From: Acidobacteriota bacterium | Lineage (GTDB): Bacteria; Acidobacteriota; UBA6911 | Length of the DNA: 64,000 nt | Direction of reading: 5' to 3' | Assembly (NCBI GenBank): GCA_963664705.1 | Contig: OY761556.1 | Coordinates: forward strand, 2,432,001 to 2,496,000 | Shown here: positions 28,744 to 39,181 of the stretch, in pieces | Numbering within the stretch: position 1 is the first letter of the stretch | How the letters are laid out: each line of letters begins with the position of its first letter | Made by a program: the position numbers and the translations under genes | Notes under the pieces: generated by a model | Told to the model about the DNA's origin: nothing | The model's database searches: none | What the model saw: only the letters and a program-made list of their open reading frames with translations

Positions 28744-31149
28744 ATGGCTAAATCACTTGTCGTCGTCGAATCACCCGCTAAAGCAAAAACGATTAGTAAG
28801 TATCTTGGCAAAAACTTCGTCGTCAAAGCATCAGTGGGCCACATCAAGGACCTGCCCAAAAGCAAGCTGGGCGTTGACGTTGAGGAAGATTTCACTCCGC
28901 ATTATGCGGTGATTCCAACGAAAACCAAGGTAGTCAAGGAGCTGAAAGCCGCGGCTAAAGGCATTCAGGATGTCTACCTGGCAGCGGACCCTGACCGCGA
29001 GGGAGAGGCCATTTGCCAGCACCTCTTTGAGGAGCTTTCAAGCAAATCCCGCAATATCTACCGGGTGCTTTTTCATGAGATAACGAAAAATGCTATCGAG
29101 GAAGCGTTCAAAAATCCGGGACGCATTAACCAGAACAAAGTCGATGCCCAATTGACCCGACGGATTCTGGACCGGCTGGTTGGATACAAAATCAGCCCGC
29201 TCCTCTGGGATAAGGTCAGACGCGGATTGTCAGCCGGCAGAGTTCAAACGGTAGCCTTGCGCCTCATCGTGGAGCGAGAACAGGAAATCCGCGCCTTCAA
29301 ATCGGAGGAATACTGGAGCCTGGACGCAAAGCTTGAAGGCAAAACCCCGCCGGAATTTCTCGCGAAAGCCCGGTTGCTCGATGGCGCCAAATGGGATGTT
29401 ACGGATGGCAGCACAACGAACGCCCTCACGGAGGAATTGAAGCAGGCTCGATTCGTCGTTCGTGGGATCCGACGCAGGGAAAAAAAGAAATATCCCGTCC
29501 CTCCCTTTATCACCAGCAAACTGCAGCAGGATGCCGCCCGGAAACTGAATTTCTCGGTTAAGCGGACCATGGTCCTGGCACAACGGCTCTATGAAGGCAT
29601 AGAAATCGGAAATGAGGGGGCTGTTGGTCTGATTACCTACATGCGAACCGACTCCAGCCGAGTGGCCGAAAGCGCCTTGCAGGAGGTGCGCAGTCTCATT
29701 CATCGGGATTTTGGCGAAAACTACCTGCCGCACCATCCGATTTATTACAAATCAAAGAAAACGGCACAAGACGCCCACGAAGCGATTCGACCGACGTCCG
29801 TTGAGCGTACCCCGGAAAGTCTGAAGAACGACCTGGAACCGGATTTATGGAAACTGTATTCCCTCATCTGGACTCGCTTTGTGGCATCCCAGATGAACCC
29901 CGCCGTATTTGATCAGACAGACGTTCAAATCGAAGCCGGGCGGGTGGAATTCAAGGCGACCGGATCGATCACCAAATTCGCAGGGTTCCTGGCGGTATAC
30001 CAGGAGTCCAAGCCCGAGGACCGCGATGGATCTCAGGAGGAAGAATTGGTGCTGCCTGAAATGCAGGAAGGCGAAGAGCTGTCGTTGAAAGAGCTTCTTC
30101 CTGCGCAGCATTTTACTCAACCACCCGCACGCTATAACGAAGCCAGCCTTGTAAAGGCGCTTGAGGCCAAGGGGATTGGCAGACCCAGTACCTATGCGAG
30201 CATCTTGAGCACTATCCAGGATCGCGATTACGTGGACAAGCATGACGGAAAGTTCTACCCGTCCGAAATCGGAGAGGTGGTGCTCGAACTGCTTGTCGCC
30301 AGTTTCCAAGAGCTTTTCGATTACGAATATACCGCCCGCATGGAGGATCATCTCGACAGAATCGAATCGGGACGAGAGCAGTGGAAACAGGCAATGCGGG
30401 ATTTCTACGATCGCTTCTCCAGCAAATTGGAGATCGCGGTCAAGGAAATGCGCGATGTCAAGACCGAGGCTATCGAAACCGATGAGGTCTGCGACAAATG
30501 CGGCAGTAAGATGGTGATCAAGTGGGGCAAATTCGGCAGGTTCCTTGCCTGCTCCGGATATCCAGGTTGCCGCAACACAAGGGAAATACCGAAAGCTGGC
30601 GGCTCGGACGAACAGGAAAAGCCCAAAGTAGAAGAAATACAGTGTGAGAAGTGCGGGAAACCGATGGTGCTGAAGCGCGGGCGCTTTGGTGAATTTATGG
30701 CCTGCTCAGGATACCCGGATTGCCGAAACACAAAGAAAATCGTTAAATCGGCACAGGAAATGACCGTCAAGCAGGACATACCTCTCGACGAAGATTGCCC
30801 CGTTTGCGGAAAGAAGCTGGCTATCAAGCACGGCCGGTTTGGTGAATTCACGGCATGCAGCGATTACCCTACTTGCAAGTACATCAAATTGAAAACAACG
30901 GGCGTTCGCTGCGGCAAGGAAGGCTGTACCGGCGAAATCGTAGAACGGAAATCCCGCCGGGGAAAGACATTTTACGGCTGCTCGAACTATCCTGATTGCG
31001 ATTTCGTGCTTTGGAACAAGCCCGTTCCCGAGCCCTGTCCGCTATGCGGCGCTCCGTTTACAGTGATGAAGACAACGAAACGGACAGGCACCGTCAGGCT
31101 CTGCAATAATGAGAATTGTGACTTTAAGGAAACCGTTGAAGATCAATAA
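28744..31149 (+). CDS. topA: DNA topoisomerase I with C-terminal Zn ribbons
   Basis: VESPAKAKTI, DPDREGE, SAGRVQ, ITYMRTDS, AHEAIRP, GIGRPSTY, repeated C4 zinc ribbons. Confidence 0.97.
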   Translation: MAKSLVVVESPAKAKTISKYLGKNFVVKASVGHIKDLPKSKLGVDVEEDFTPHYAVIPTKTKVVKELKAAAKGIQDVYLAADPDREGEAICQHLFEELSSKSRNIYRVLFHEITKNAIEEAFKNPGRINQNKVDAQLTRRILDRLVGYKISPLLWDKVRRGLSAGRVQTVALRLIVEREQEIRAFKSEEYWSLDAKLEGKTPPEFLAKARLLDGAKWDVTDGSTTNALTEELKQARFVVRGIRRREKKKYPVPPFITSKLQQDAARKLNFSVKRTMVLAQRLYEGIEIGNEGAVGLITYMRTDSSRVAESALQEVRSLIHRDFGENYLPHHPIYYKSKKTAQDAHEAIRPTSVERTPESLKNDLEPDLWKLYSLIWTRFVASQMNPAVFDQTDVQIEAGRVEFKATGSITKFAGFLAVYQESKPEDRDGSQEEELVLPEMQEGEELSLKELLPAQHFTQPPARYNEASLVKALEAKGIGRPSTYASILSTIQDRDYVDKHDGKFYPSEIGEVVLELLVASFQELFDYEYTARMEDHLDRIESGREQWKQAMRDFYDRFSSKLEIAVKEMRDVKTEAIETDEVCDKCGSKMVIKWGKFGRFLACSGYPGCRNTREIPKAGGSDEQEKPKVEEIQCEKCGKPMVLKRGRFGEFMACSGYPDCRNTKKIVKSAQEMTVKQDIPLDEDCPVCGKKLAIKHGRFGEFTACSDYPTCKYIKLKTTGVRCGKEGCTGEIVERKSRRGKTFYGCSNYPDCDFVLWNKPVPEPCPLCGAPFTVMKTTKRTGTVRLCNNENCDFKETVEDQ

Positions 31150-31151
31150 GC

Positions 31152-31186
31152 GCAGGAGACAGGAATCTGTGTCTCCTGTCTCCTGC
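31152..31186. terminator. Perfect 13-bp inverted repeat between convergent topA and M28 genes
   Basis: gcaggagacagga / tcctgtctcctgc with a 9-nt loop. Confidence 0.65.
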
Positions 31187-31207
31187 TAGCTGTCTCTTGT
31201 TTTCTGA

Positions 31208-32107
31208 TTACTGTTGCAATTCTGGAAGCATTGCCAACACGACCTTCCCGACTTTCTCCATGCTTTGCGGGCTGATTTTGTCCAGCGTGTCCGCTGGCGT
31301 GTGCCAGTAGGAATTCTGCGGACCATAATTGAAATCAATGATGTCAACGCAGGGGATTCCTACATCAAGAAATGCAAGGTGATCGTCTCCGATCCCACTT
31401 TTCACTTGGGAGAGAATGGAGCTGAGGCCGATACGTTCAGCGGTCGACCAGAACAGATCCATCAGTCGCTTCGTGGAATTGGTTTCATACCAGACATCCA
31501 GATCCTTATCGCCGATCATATCGAGAAGAATCAGCGCGCGGACCTTAGCGGCTACGTTTTCGTTCTTCCACCTTTGTGCCAGGTGTCGGCTTCCGTAGGT
31601 GCTGTCAAAGGTACTCCATTCGACAAACGCCTCTTCGCCATCCAAAAAAACAAACCAATAATCCACGGCATCATTGCTGCCCGACAGGACTCGCGCCAGC
31701 TCGAGCAAAAGGCCCGTGCTGCTGCCGGCATCGTTAGCCCCCACAAAAGTTTGCCCTTCCATCAGTTTTGTATCGTAATGACTCGCGATGGCCACTACAT
31801 TCCGGCCGCCGTTCCCTTTATGCGCGATCAGGTTTTTCATAGCAATCGGCCCGTAGGGTGTTTGAGCCACAAAGGCATCCTCATCGATCTTGTACCCGTA
31901 GCTGCTTAACTGCTGCCGGATATAGGTCCGGCACTTTTCCAATGCCGGCGAGCCGGGAGGACGAGGACCAAAGGATACCTGCGCCCGTACTTGCTCCATT
32001 GCTTTTTCGCCGCTGAGCCCGGATTTGCCGGATGTGGAGCGCGGGGCTTGCGCGCAGGCGCATAGGGTAATGGTTAACAAAACCCCGATGCCAATCGTGG
32101 AGCGCAT
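31208..32107 (-). CDS. Exported M28 peptidase / glutaminyl cyclase-like protein
   Basis: Signal peptide, SHYDTK, GANDAGSS, LDGEE, LDMIGD, DDH, WHT. Confidence 0.85.
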   Translation of the reverse strand: MRSTIGIGVLLTITLCACAQAPRSTSGKSGLSGEKAMEQVRAQVSFGPRPPGSPALEKCRTYIRQQLSSYGYKIDEDAFVAQTPYGPIAMKNLIAHKGNGGRNVVAIASHYDTKLMEGQTFVGANDAGSSTGLLLELARVLSGSNDAVDYWFVFLDGEEAFVEWSTFDSTYGSRHLAQRWKNENVAAKVRALILLDMIGDKDLDVWYETNSTKRLMDLFWSTAERIGLSSILSQVKSGIGDDHLAFLDVGIPCVDIIDFNYGPQNSYWHTPADTLDKISPQSMEKVGKVVLAMLPELQQ

Positions 32108-32123
32108 ATCTTCTCTCCCTTTC

Positions 32124-32193
32124 AGGTTGCAGGTTACAATTTATAGGCTGAAGGTTACAGGCTGCAGGCTTCAACTTGCAACCTGCAACTTAA
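32124..32193. repeat. Heptamer tandem repeat with inverted arms (AGGTTGC-type then AACCTGC-type)
   Basis: aggttgc aggttac aatttat aggctga aggttac aggctgc aggcttc aacttgc aacctgc aacttaa. Confidence 0.7.
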
Positions 32194-32205
32194 AACTGAT
32201 CTGAA

Positions 32206-32234
32206 TTGCGACAGGCATAGCCCTATGGTAGTAT
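32206..32234 (+). promoter_or_regulatory. Sigma70-type promoter of the fusA-like operon
   Basis: TTGCGA-N17-TAGTAT with a TG extension. Confidence 0.5.
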
Positions 32235-32280
32235 CTTTTTCTTTTATTGATGCGAGCTATTCCTCCTGAAAGGAGCCTTT

Positions 32281-34374
32281 ATGCGGGTTTTTGAGAGCGA
32301 TTTCATCCGAAATATTTGCATTGTCGGTCACGGAGCTGCGGGAAAAACATCTCTGACGTCCGCGATTCTCTTTGATTCCGGAGCTGTCAACAGGCTTGCG
32401 CGAGTCGAAGACGGCAACACCGTTACCGATTATGACGACGAGGAAATAGAGCGCAAAATCAGTATTAATGCGGCACTGGCGCATTGCGAATGGAACAAGA
32501 AGAAGATCAACATTCTCGATACTCCGGGTTACCGCCCATTCCTGGCCGAGACGCAGCTCTCCGTGAGAGCCGCAGACGCAGCCCTGGTCGTGGTCGATGC
32601 CGTTTCGGGAGTGGAGGTGCAGACGGAAAAAGTCTGGACATTCTGTAATGAATATTCCCTCCCCCGACTGATCGTCATCAGCAAAATCGACAGGGACAAT
32701 GCGAGCAGTGAGCGTTGCCTGGCATCGTTGGAAGAAGCCTTCGGCCGCGGGGCCGTGCCTCTTCAAATCCCCATGGGAGTGGAAAAGAACTTTGAAGGAG
32801 TCATCAGCATTGTAACGGAAAAAGCCTATAAATATGCCCGTGATGGATCCGGCAAATTTCAGGAAGAGGAAGTCCCGGCACAGTACAAAGACGAACTCAG
32901 CGGCATGCGCGATAAGCTCATCGAAAAGGTTGCGGAAGCCAGTGATGCGCTGATGGAGAAGTTTTTTGCTGAAGGCACGCTGGATCAGGCGGACCTTGTG
33001 GAAGGGTTGAAGGCCTCTATTCTACAGGGAAATATCTATCCCGTTTTCTACGCAAGCTCAACCTTGAACATGGGGATCGCACAGATATTGGATGCGGTCA
33101 CCGATCTCCTTCCGTCTCCTGCCACGGTCGGCAAAACCAAAGGAACCGATCCGAAAACAAAGCAGCCGGTGGAACGGGCGATTTCGAGCAAAGAACCCTA
33201 CGCCGCTTATGTATTCAAGACCATCGCGGATCCATTCGCCGGACGCATCAGCCTTATCAAACTGTATTCCGGAACGATGAAGTCCGACAGCACCTATAAC
33301 AACCAGACCAAGGGAAAAACCGAAAAATTCGGACCGCTGCAGATACCTCAGGGAAAAACCATGGTCCCGGTCGGTGAAGTGCATGCCGGAGACTTTTTTG
33401 CCGTGACCAAGCTCAAAGAAACCACGACCGGAGACACTCTTTGTGATCCGTCCAGCCCGGTAGCATTTGCGAGCGTCGAAGTCCCGGAACCATCCATTAC
33501 CTTTGCCATCGAGCCGAAGAGCCGGGGAGACGAAGACAAGATCAGCAATGCCTTGGCCCGTATTCTGGAAGAGGATGCGGCGATCAAATATACGCGGGAT
33601 GCCCAGACAAAGCAGATGCTCCTGTCAGGCTCCGGGCAACTGCATGTGGAAGTCACCGTCGCAAAGCTGCGAAAGCGTTACGGCGTTGATGTACTGCTCA
33701 AAACACCAAAGATTCCGTACCGCGAGACCATCCGAGGAAAAGCAGACGTGCAGGGTCGGCACAAGAAGCAGACCGGTGGACACGGACAGTTTGGCGATTG
33801 CTGGATCAAGCTGGAACCGCTGGCGCGCGGCGGCAAGTTTGAATTTGCCGACGAGATTTTTGGCGGGTCGATCCCACGCAACTTTATCCCGGCGGTTGAA
33901 AAGGGGATTGTAGAAGCTGCCGCCCGTGGATACCTGGCGGGATACCCCGTGGTTGACTTCAAAATTACTCTCTACGATGGCAGCTACCATCCGGTTGACT
34001 CTTCGGAAATGGCCTTCAAAACGGCCGGTCGTATCGCTTTCAAAAAGGCGATGGAACAGGCAAACCCGGTTCTTCTCGAACCCGTCATGGATGTTGAAAT
34101 TTATGCCCCCCAGGAATATGCGGGCTCGCTGACCGGAGACCTGAGCAGCCGTCGCGGAAGACTCCAGGGGCTGGATATCAAGCGCGACATCCAGATCATC
34201 AAGGCGCAGGTGCCGATGTCGGAAATGGTCTCCTACGAACCAGTTCTGACTTCGATGACCGGAGGACGCGGGACCTACCATATGGAATTCTCGCATTACG
34301 ATGAAGTCCCGGCCCATATTGCGTCGAAGATCATCGAGGAAGCCAACAAAGACAGGAAAGAAGAGGAAGAATAG
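32281..34374 (+). CDS. fusA: Elongation factor G paralog (EF-G2-like)
   Basis: GHGAAGKTS, DTPG, YRETI, HKKQTGGHGQFG, DSSEMAFK; 697 aa; not in an rpsL-rpsG-tuf context. Confidence 0.88.
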   Translation: MRVFESDFIRNICIVGHGAAGKTSLTSAILFDSGAVNRLARVEDGNTVTDYDDEEIERKISINAALAHCEWNKKKINILDTPGYRPFLAETQLSVRAADAALVVVDAVSGVEVQTEKVWTFCNEYSLPRLIVISKIDRDNASSERCLASLEEAFGRGAVPLQIPMGVEKNFEGVISIVTEKAYKYARDGSGKFQEEEVPAQYKDELSGMRDKLIEKVAEASDALMEKFFAEGTLDQADLVEGLKASILQGNIYPVFYASSTLNMGIAQILDAVTDLLPSPATVGKTKGTDPKTKQPVERAISSKEPYAAYVFKTIADPFAGRISLIKLYSGTMKSDSTYNNQTKGKTEKFGPLQIPQGKTMVPVGEVHAGDFFAVTKLKETTTGDTLCDPSSPVAFASVEVPEPSITFAIEPKSRGDEDKISNALARILEEDAAIKYTRDAQTKQMLLSGSGQLHVEVTVAKLRKRYGVDVLLKTPKIPYRETIRGKADVQGRHKKQTGGHGQFGDCWIKLEPLARGGKFEFADEIFGGSIPRNFIPAVEKGIVEAAARGYLAGYPVVDFKITLYDGSYHPVDSSEMAFKTAGRIAFKKAMEQANPVLLEPVMDVEIYAPQEYAGSLTGDLSSRRGRLQGLDIKRDIQIIKAQVPMSEMVSYEPVLTSMTGGRGTYHMEFSHYDEVPAHIASKIIEEANKDRKEEEE

Positions 34375-34380
34375 CCCTCA

Positions 34381-35175
34381 ATGTTTCCTAAGATTCTGGA
34401 TTTGGGTCCCGTCACGATCCACACGTACGGGCTGTTGCTCGCCGCTGCATTTATTGCAGGCATCTGGCTGACCAGCCGGAACGCAAGGAAGCACGGGATC
34501 AATCCGGATTCGGTCTGGAATTTGGGATTGATTGTAATTTTTGCCGCCCTCGTGGGCGCAAAGGCTATATTGCTCTTCTCCAATTTCCAGTATTACTCCC
34601 AAAATTTTCGGGAGGTCTTTTCTCTTTCCACCCTTCGCTCGCCCGGTGTCTATTACGGAGGTCTGCTGCTTGCGTTAGGTGCGGCTGCTTTGTATATCAT
34701 CGTCAAGAAGCTGCCCCTCATGACCATGGCGGACATTACGGCTCCCGGGCTTGCGCTGGGACAGGCGGTCGGACGCCTCGGCTGTCTTTCTGCCGGCTGC
34801 TGCTACGGCAAACCTACCAAGCTGCCGTGGGGCATCACTTTCACCAACCAATATTCCTATGACAACGTCGGTGTCCCCCTCAATGTCCCGCTCCATCCAA
34901 CCCAGGTGTATGACTTGGTGGGCGCGCTGGCGCTTTGTGTGTTTCTGACGTGGCGTCTGTCAAAACCCCATGTTCTGGGCCAGATCATTCTGGAATACCT
35001 GGCACTTTTCGCCTGCCTGCGCTTTATCGTCGAATTTTTCCGTGACGATGACCGCGGCTTTGTGCTGTACGGGCTTCTTTCAACATCGCAGTTCATCGCT
35101 ATTCTTACAATTATCGGATCGGCAGCGGCCTATCTCTGGATCAAGCGCCGGCCCACAAAAGTCCCTCAAAATTGA
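34381..35175 (+). CDS. lgt: Prolipoprotein diacylglyceryl transferase
   Basis: IHTYG, YYGG, GQAVGRLGC, HPTQVY, RFIVEFFR. Confidence 0.92.
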   Translation: MFPKILDLGPVTIHTYGLLLAAAFIAGIWLTSRNARKHGINPDSVWNLGLIVIFAALVGAKAILLFSNFQYYSQNFREVFSLSTLRSPGVYYGGLLLALGAAALYIIVKKLPLMTMADITAPGLALGQAVGRLGCLSAGCCYGKPTKLPWGITFTNQYSYDNVGVPLNVPLHPTQVYDLVGALALCVFLTWRLSKPHVLGQIILEYLALFACLRFIVEFFRDDDRGFVLYGLLSTSQFIAILTIIGSAAAYLWIKRRPTKVPQN

Positions 35176-36113
35176 GCAACCCAAACGAATCCTGGACCGT
35201 AGAAGCGGATGAATCGCGTATTCGACTGGATCAATTCCTTTTAAACCACATCCAGGGAGAGAGCCGCTCGCAGCTGCAGAATTGGATCCGGAAGGGTTAT
35301 GTCACGGTAAACGGGAGCCTGGTAAAAACCGGCTACACGGTCAAGCAGGAAGACCGGATCACTTTGAATGTCCCTTCGGCTACGCCGGATCAACCCTTTG
35401 CGGAAAACATCCCGCTGGATATTCTCTACGAGGACTCGGATCTGGCCGTAATCAACAAGCCGGCTGGCCTTGTCTGTCATACCGGCGCCGGCGTCCGATC
35501 CGGCACGCTCGTCAATGCCCTGCTCTTTCACATGGGACCTTTGAATGCCGGCGATCCGGGCAGACCTGGGATCGTCCATCGCCTGGACAAGTACACCAGC
35601 GGAGTCATGATTATCGCCAAAAACGGGAATGCCCATCGCAACCTGGCCCAGCAATTCAAAAACAGAGAAGTCCGGAAGGAATACCTCGCGATGGTGTACG
35701 GAATCCCTGCGCCACCAATGGGAACGATTGACGTTCCCATTGGCCGAGATCCTAATGACAGAAAGAAGATATCCGCAAGGGCGCGCCACAAGAGAAATGC
35801 TGTCACTCATTACAAAGTCATCCGTATCTATGCTCCCGTCGCATTGCTGAACGTGAGGATTGAAACGGGGCGAACACATCAGATACGCGTTCATCTTGCA
35901 CATAAAGGGCACCCCATTGTTGGGGATGCGGTTTATGGCTCCAACCGGGCCAACCAGCTTCCAGCAAGGCTCGCGCAAGCCGTCCACCGATTGAACCGGC
36001 CGTTCCTGCATTCTCATCGACTTGAGTTCAGCCATCCGGGCACTCATAAGCCGCTTGTATTTGAGGCTCCCTTGCCTCAGGAGCTTCGGCAGTTTATCGA
36101 GGCCATGGAATAG
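35172..36113 (+). CDS. rluD: RluA/RluD pseudouridine synthase
   Basis: S4 domain RLDQFL, NKPAGL, GIVHRLDKYTSG, ETGRTHQIRVH. Confidence 0.9.
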   Translation: MSNPNESWTVEADESRIRLDQFLLNHIQGESRSQLQNWIRKGYVTVNGSLVKTGYTVKQEDRITLNVPSATPDQPFAENIPLDILYEDSDLAVINKPAGLVCHTGAGVRSGTLVNALLFHMGPLNAGDPGRPGIVHRLDKYTSGVMIIAKNGNAHRNLAQQFKNREVRKEYLAMVYGIPAPPMGTIDVPIGRDPNDRKKISARARHKRNAVTHYKVIRIYAPVALLNVRIETGRTHQIRVHLAHKGHPIVGDAVYGSNRANQLPARLAQAVHRLNRPFLHSHRLEFSHPGTHKPLVFEAPLPQELRQFIEAME

Positions 36114-36181
36114 ATTGATCCGGTCAAAGGAAAGAAGCGTCTATGGACATTAAGGGGACTTCGGGGAGCGGCGAGGCCTGC

Positions 36182-36210
36182 TTGACTCGTTTCCAGACCG
36201 AAATTATAAT
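36182..36210 (+). promoter_or_regulatory. Near-consensus sigma70 promoter
   Basis: TTGACT-N17-TATAAT upstream of the VWA gene. Confidence 0.75.
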
Positions 36211-36249
36211 CTGTCAGGCTTAATGAACCGCTTAAATAAAGGACAGAAA

Positions 36250-37224
36250 ATGATTTTCCGATTTCCTCGATCACTGGCAATTCTCGCATTGTGCACTTTG
36301 CTGGCCGCGACCTTTCACAACACTCTTCCGGGCCAGGATTCCAGGAAAACTCAAGCCCCCGAAGGCGGGCTTCCAGGAAGGCTTTCCGATCAGACGTATC
36401 GGGTAAACGTCGACCTTGTCAATGTCCTCTGCTCGGTATTTGACAAAAATACCAATGCCTTCCTTACCAACCTGACGCGCGAGGATTTCTCCATTTACGA
36501 GGATAACCAGAGGCAGGAAATTAACAATTTTTCGCGCGAAACCGATTTGCCTCTGACCATCGCCATGCTGATCGATACAAGCCAGAGCGTGGCCCCGAAA
36601 CTGCGATTCGAACAGGAAGCCGCGATAAGCTTCTTCCAGAGCATTCTGCGAGAAAAAGACCGGGCGATGCTTCTATCCTTCGATTCCGATGTCAACATGC
36701 TCCAGGACTTCACCAACGATCCCAACAAGATGGCCAGGCAAATCCGGAAACTGCGGGCGGCAGGCGGCACCTCCATGTATGACGCGATCTACAAGGCTTG
36801 CGATGAAAAGCTGATCCGCGAAACCGGTCGCAAAGCCATCATCATCCTGTCCGATGGAGAGGATGAATCCAGCAAGGCCACTATCCACCAGGCTAAGGAA
36901 ATGGCGCTCCGAGCAGAGGCGCTGATTTTTGGAATCAGCGTAACACGCGGAGGCTTCTTTGGAGTGGGGGGATCCCGCGAAGGGGATAACGCCTTGAAAG
37001 AACTATCCCAGGAAACAGGCGGGCGTGTTTTCATGCCCTTCAAGCTCGATGAACTGGATGACTCCTTCCGCCAGATAAACCAGGAACTGCGGAGCCAGTA
37101 CAATATCGGGTATTTCTCGACCAATCCCGCCAGGGATGGCAGCTATCGAAAACTTGAGATTAAAGTTCCAGAGAGGGGTCTGAAGCTGACATACCGCAAG
37201 GGATACTATGCACCGTCAAGCTAG
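36250..37224 (+). CDS. Exported VWA domain protein, Acidobacterial type
   Basis: RVNVDLVNV, IDTSQS MIDAS motif, GGTSMYDAI, LSDGED, ETGG, ELRSQYNIGY, RKGYYA. Confidence 0.88.
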   Translation: MIFRFPRSLAILALCTLLAATFHNTLPGQDSRKTQAPEGGLPGRLSDQTYRVNVDLVNVLCSVFDKNTNAFLTNLTREDFSIYEDNQRQEINNFSRETDLPLTIAMLIDTSQSVAPKLRFEQEAAISFFQSILREKDRAMLLSFDSDVNMLQDFTNDPNKMARQIRKLRAAGGTSMYDAIYKACDEKLIRETGRKAIIILSDGEDESSKATIHQAKEMALRAEALIFGISVTRGGFFGVGGSREGDNALKELSQETGGRVFMPFKLDELDDSFRQINQELRSQYNIGYFSTNPARDGSYRKLEIKVPERGLKLTYRKGYYAPSS

Positions 37225-37283
37225 AAGCGAGTCTGAGACTCGCCTCCAACAACTCATGGGTTGATAACCTAACCCACTAAGAA

Positions 37284-37303
37284 GGGCGGCGTTCGGGCCG
37301 CCC
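37284..37303. terminator. GC-rich hairpin between convergent genes
   Basis: gggcggc-gttcgg-gccgccc; a second hairpin gcgagtc-tga-gactcgc lies at about 37227-37243. Confidence 0.55.
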
Positions 37304-37315
37304 CTCCCGTTCCGT

Positions 37316-37729
37316 TCAGGCGACCTGGTTCTCTTTTTCGCCAGACTCCTGCGGCCAGGCTTCCAGCAGACTCTTTACCGTACCAAGTTGCTCGGATTCC
37401 TTCACTTCATTTTCCAGTACGCTTTCAATCATCTTCTCGGGATTGCCGTCAAAAAAGCGGGTGAGAACATCGTGGATTTGGTTTCTCGTGGCCTGTTCGC
37501 GCGATAATAGCGGTTTGTAGACATATGCGCGACCGGATCTCGTGTGAATCAGCGCCCCTTTTTCTTCCAGAATACCCATCAAAGTCAGAATAGTGGTATA
37601 GGCGGTTACCTTCGTTTGGGACATTGCGTCGCAAACCTCTTTCACCGTAGCCGCTCCTTTATCCCAAACCACTTTCATGATTTGAAGCTCCTGCCGTGTA
37701 AGGATTATGGATTCTAAATCCTTTTTCAT
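37316..37729 (-). CDS. BlaI/MecI/CopY family transcriptional repressor
   Basis: LTRQELQIMKVVW, AYTTILTLM..LEEKG, GRAYVY, RFFDG; RBS GGAGGT. Confidence 0.9.
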   Translation of the reverse strand: MKKDLESIILTRQELQIMKVVWDKGAATVKEVCDAMSQTKVTAYTTILTLMGILEEKGALIHTRSGRAYVYKPLLSREQATRNQIHDVLTRFFDGNPEKMIESVLENEVKESEQLGTVKSLLEAWPQESGEKENQVA

Positions 37730-37957
37730 TTTACCTCCAAAACCAAATGAATTAGCAGTATCTTCTATATAATAATAGTAACATTGCAGCACTTTGAGTT
37801 TAATACGCTTGTGAGAGGCTGAAGTTTCTATGTCTTTGAAAAAAAATTATTAAATTAGTACTTAACTTACTAGTGGATTCAAAGACAACTCCAGTTGGTG
37901 TTTTTTTCCGGCTCAATTCCTGCCCAAATCAGCTGATTCATGGGTTAAGATTAGGAC

Positions 37958-39181
37958 GTGAAACAGACAATTTTACTCCATTACCATGAGATCAATCTGA
38001 AGGGCAACAATAGAGGCTGGTTTGAAGCGCATCTGCAGCAGCATGTTGCTTCCCGTCTGAAGGGTTTGAATGTCGGCCCTATTCAACGATTTGGAGGGAG
38101 ACTCCTCGTTGAGCTTCATCCAGACTCCCCGATCGAGGACATTGCGCGGCGCCTCAAAATGACCTTTGGCGTGGCGAATCTGGTTATTGCCAGGGAAATA
38201 CCGGCCGATCTCGATGCCATCAAAGACGAACTGGTCAAACTGATTCCAACCGTGAGTTTTCAGTCCTTCAGGATCGACTCAAGGCGTGGCACCAAGGAAT
38301 TCCCTTTGAATTCCATGGAGCTAAACCGACAGTTGGGCGCCTTTGTCCAGGAGCTGACGCATGCCGATGTCCGGTTGGAAAACCCGGATGCCGTGTTTTA
38401 TCTGGAAATCGTGCGTGGGCGTGCATTCCTGTATCTCTCCAAAATTGCGGGCGCTGGAGGGCTTCCTTCGGGAACGGGCGGAAAAGTCCTGTGTCTTCTT
38501 TCCGGCGGGATCGACTCCCCTGTGGCAGCCTACCGGCTGATGCGACGCGGCTGCCGTGTTTTGTTCGTTCACTTTCACAGCTTCCCGCATACAAGCATTG
38601 AATCTCAGGAAAAGGTTCGACACCTTCTCCGGGTTCTCGCAAGATTCCAGCTGGACTCTCATCTGTTCATGGTTCCATTTGCAGAACTCCAGCGGGAAAT
38701 TGTTGCCTATACTCCGCCCCCGCTTCGCGTTGTCCTCTACCGGCGATTCATGGTCCGGATAGCCGAGGCTCTGGCACAAAAGGAAAAAGCGGCGGCGCTT
38801 GTTACGGGTGACAGCCTGGGACAGGTAGCCAGTCAAACGTTGGAGAACCTCCGGACGGTTTCGGCCGCCGGAACGTTGCCGATCTTCCGGCCTCTGATCG
38901 GCGACGACAAAGAAGACATCATGCGTGTAGCGCGGGAGATCGGCACGTATGATATCAGCATTCTCGCGGATCAGGACTGCTGTTCACTTTTTGTTCCCAA
39001 GCATCCGGAAACCATGTCAAGCCTGGCACGGGCCGAGAGTGCAGAAAGCAATTTGGACATTCCGCGGCTGGTACAATCCGCCCTCAGCGAAACCACACAC
39101 GAGCTGGTTGCCCCGGATTTTACGTTCTCTTTACCGGAGAAAACGTATGCAAAACAGTCCTGCTGCCAAAAACAGAATTGA
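37958..39181 (+). CDS. thiI: tRNA 4-thiouridine synthase ThiI (no rhodanese domain)
   Basis: [16 protein letters not shown] domain, [28 protein letters not shown]. Confidence 0.93.
   Translation: MKQTILLHYHEINLKGNNRGWFEAHLQQHVASRLKGLNVGPIQRFGGRLLVELHPDSPIEDIARRLKMTFGVANLVIAREIPADLDAIKDELVKLIPTVSFQSFRIDSRRGTKEFPLNSMELNRQLGAFVQELTHADVRLENPDAVFYLEIVRGRAFLYLSKIAGAGGLPSGTGGKVLCLLSGGIDSPVAAYRLMRRGCRVLFVHFHSFPHTSIESQEKVRHLLRVLARFQLDSHLFMVPFAELQREIVAYTPPPLRVVLYRRFMVRIAEALAQKEKAAALVTGDSLGQVASQTLENLRTVSAAGTLPIFRPLIGDDKEDIMRVAREIGTYDISILADQDCCSLFVPKHPETMSSLARAESAESNLDIPRLVQSALSETTHELVAPDFTFSLPEKTYAKQSCCQKQN

Noticed and set aside
38949-39146. N-terminal extension of the macro-domain ORF in the track
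   Set aside because: Overlaps thiI out of frame; the macro domain begins at ATG 39147.
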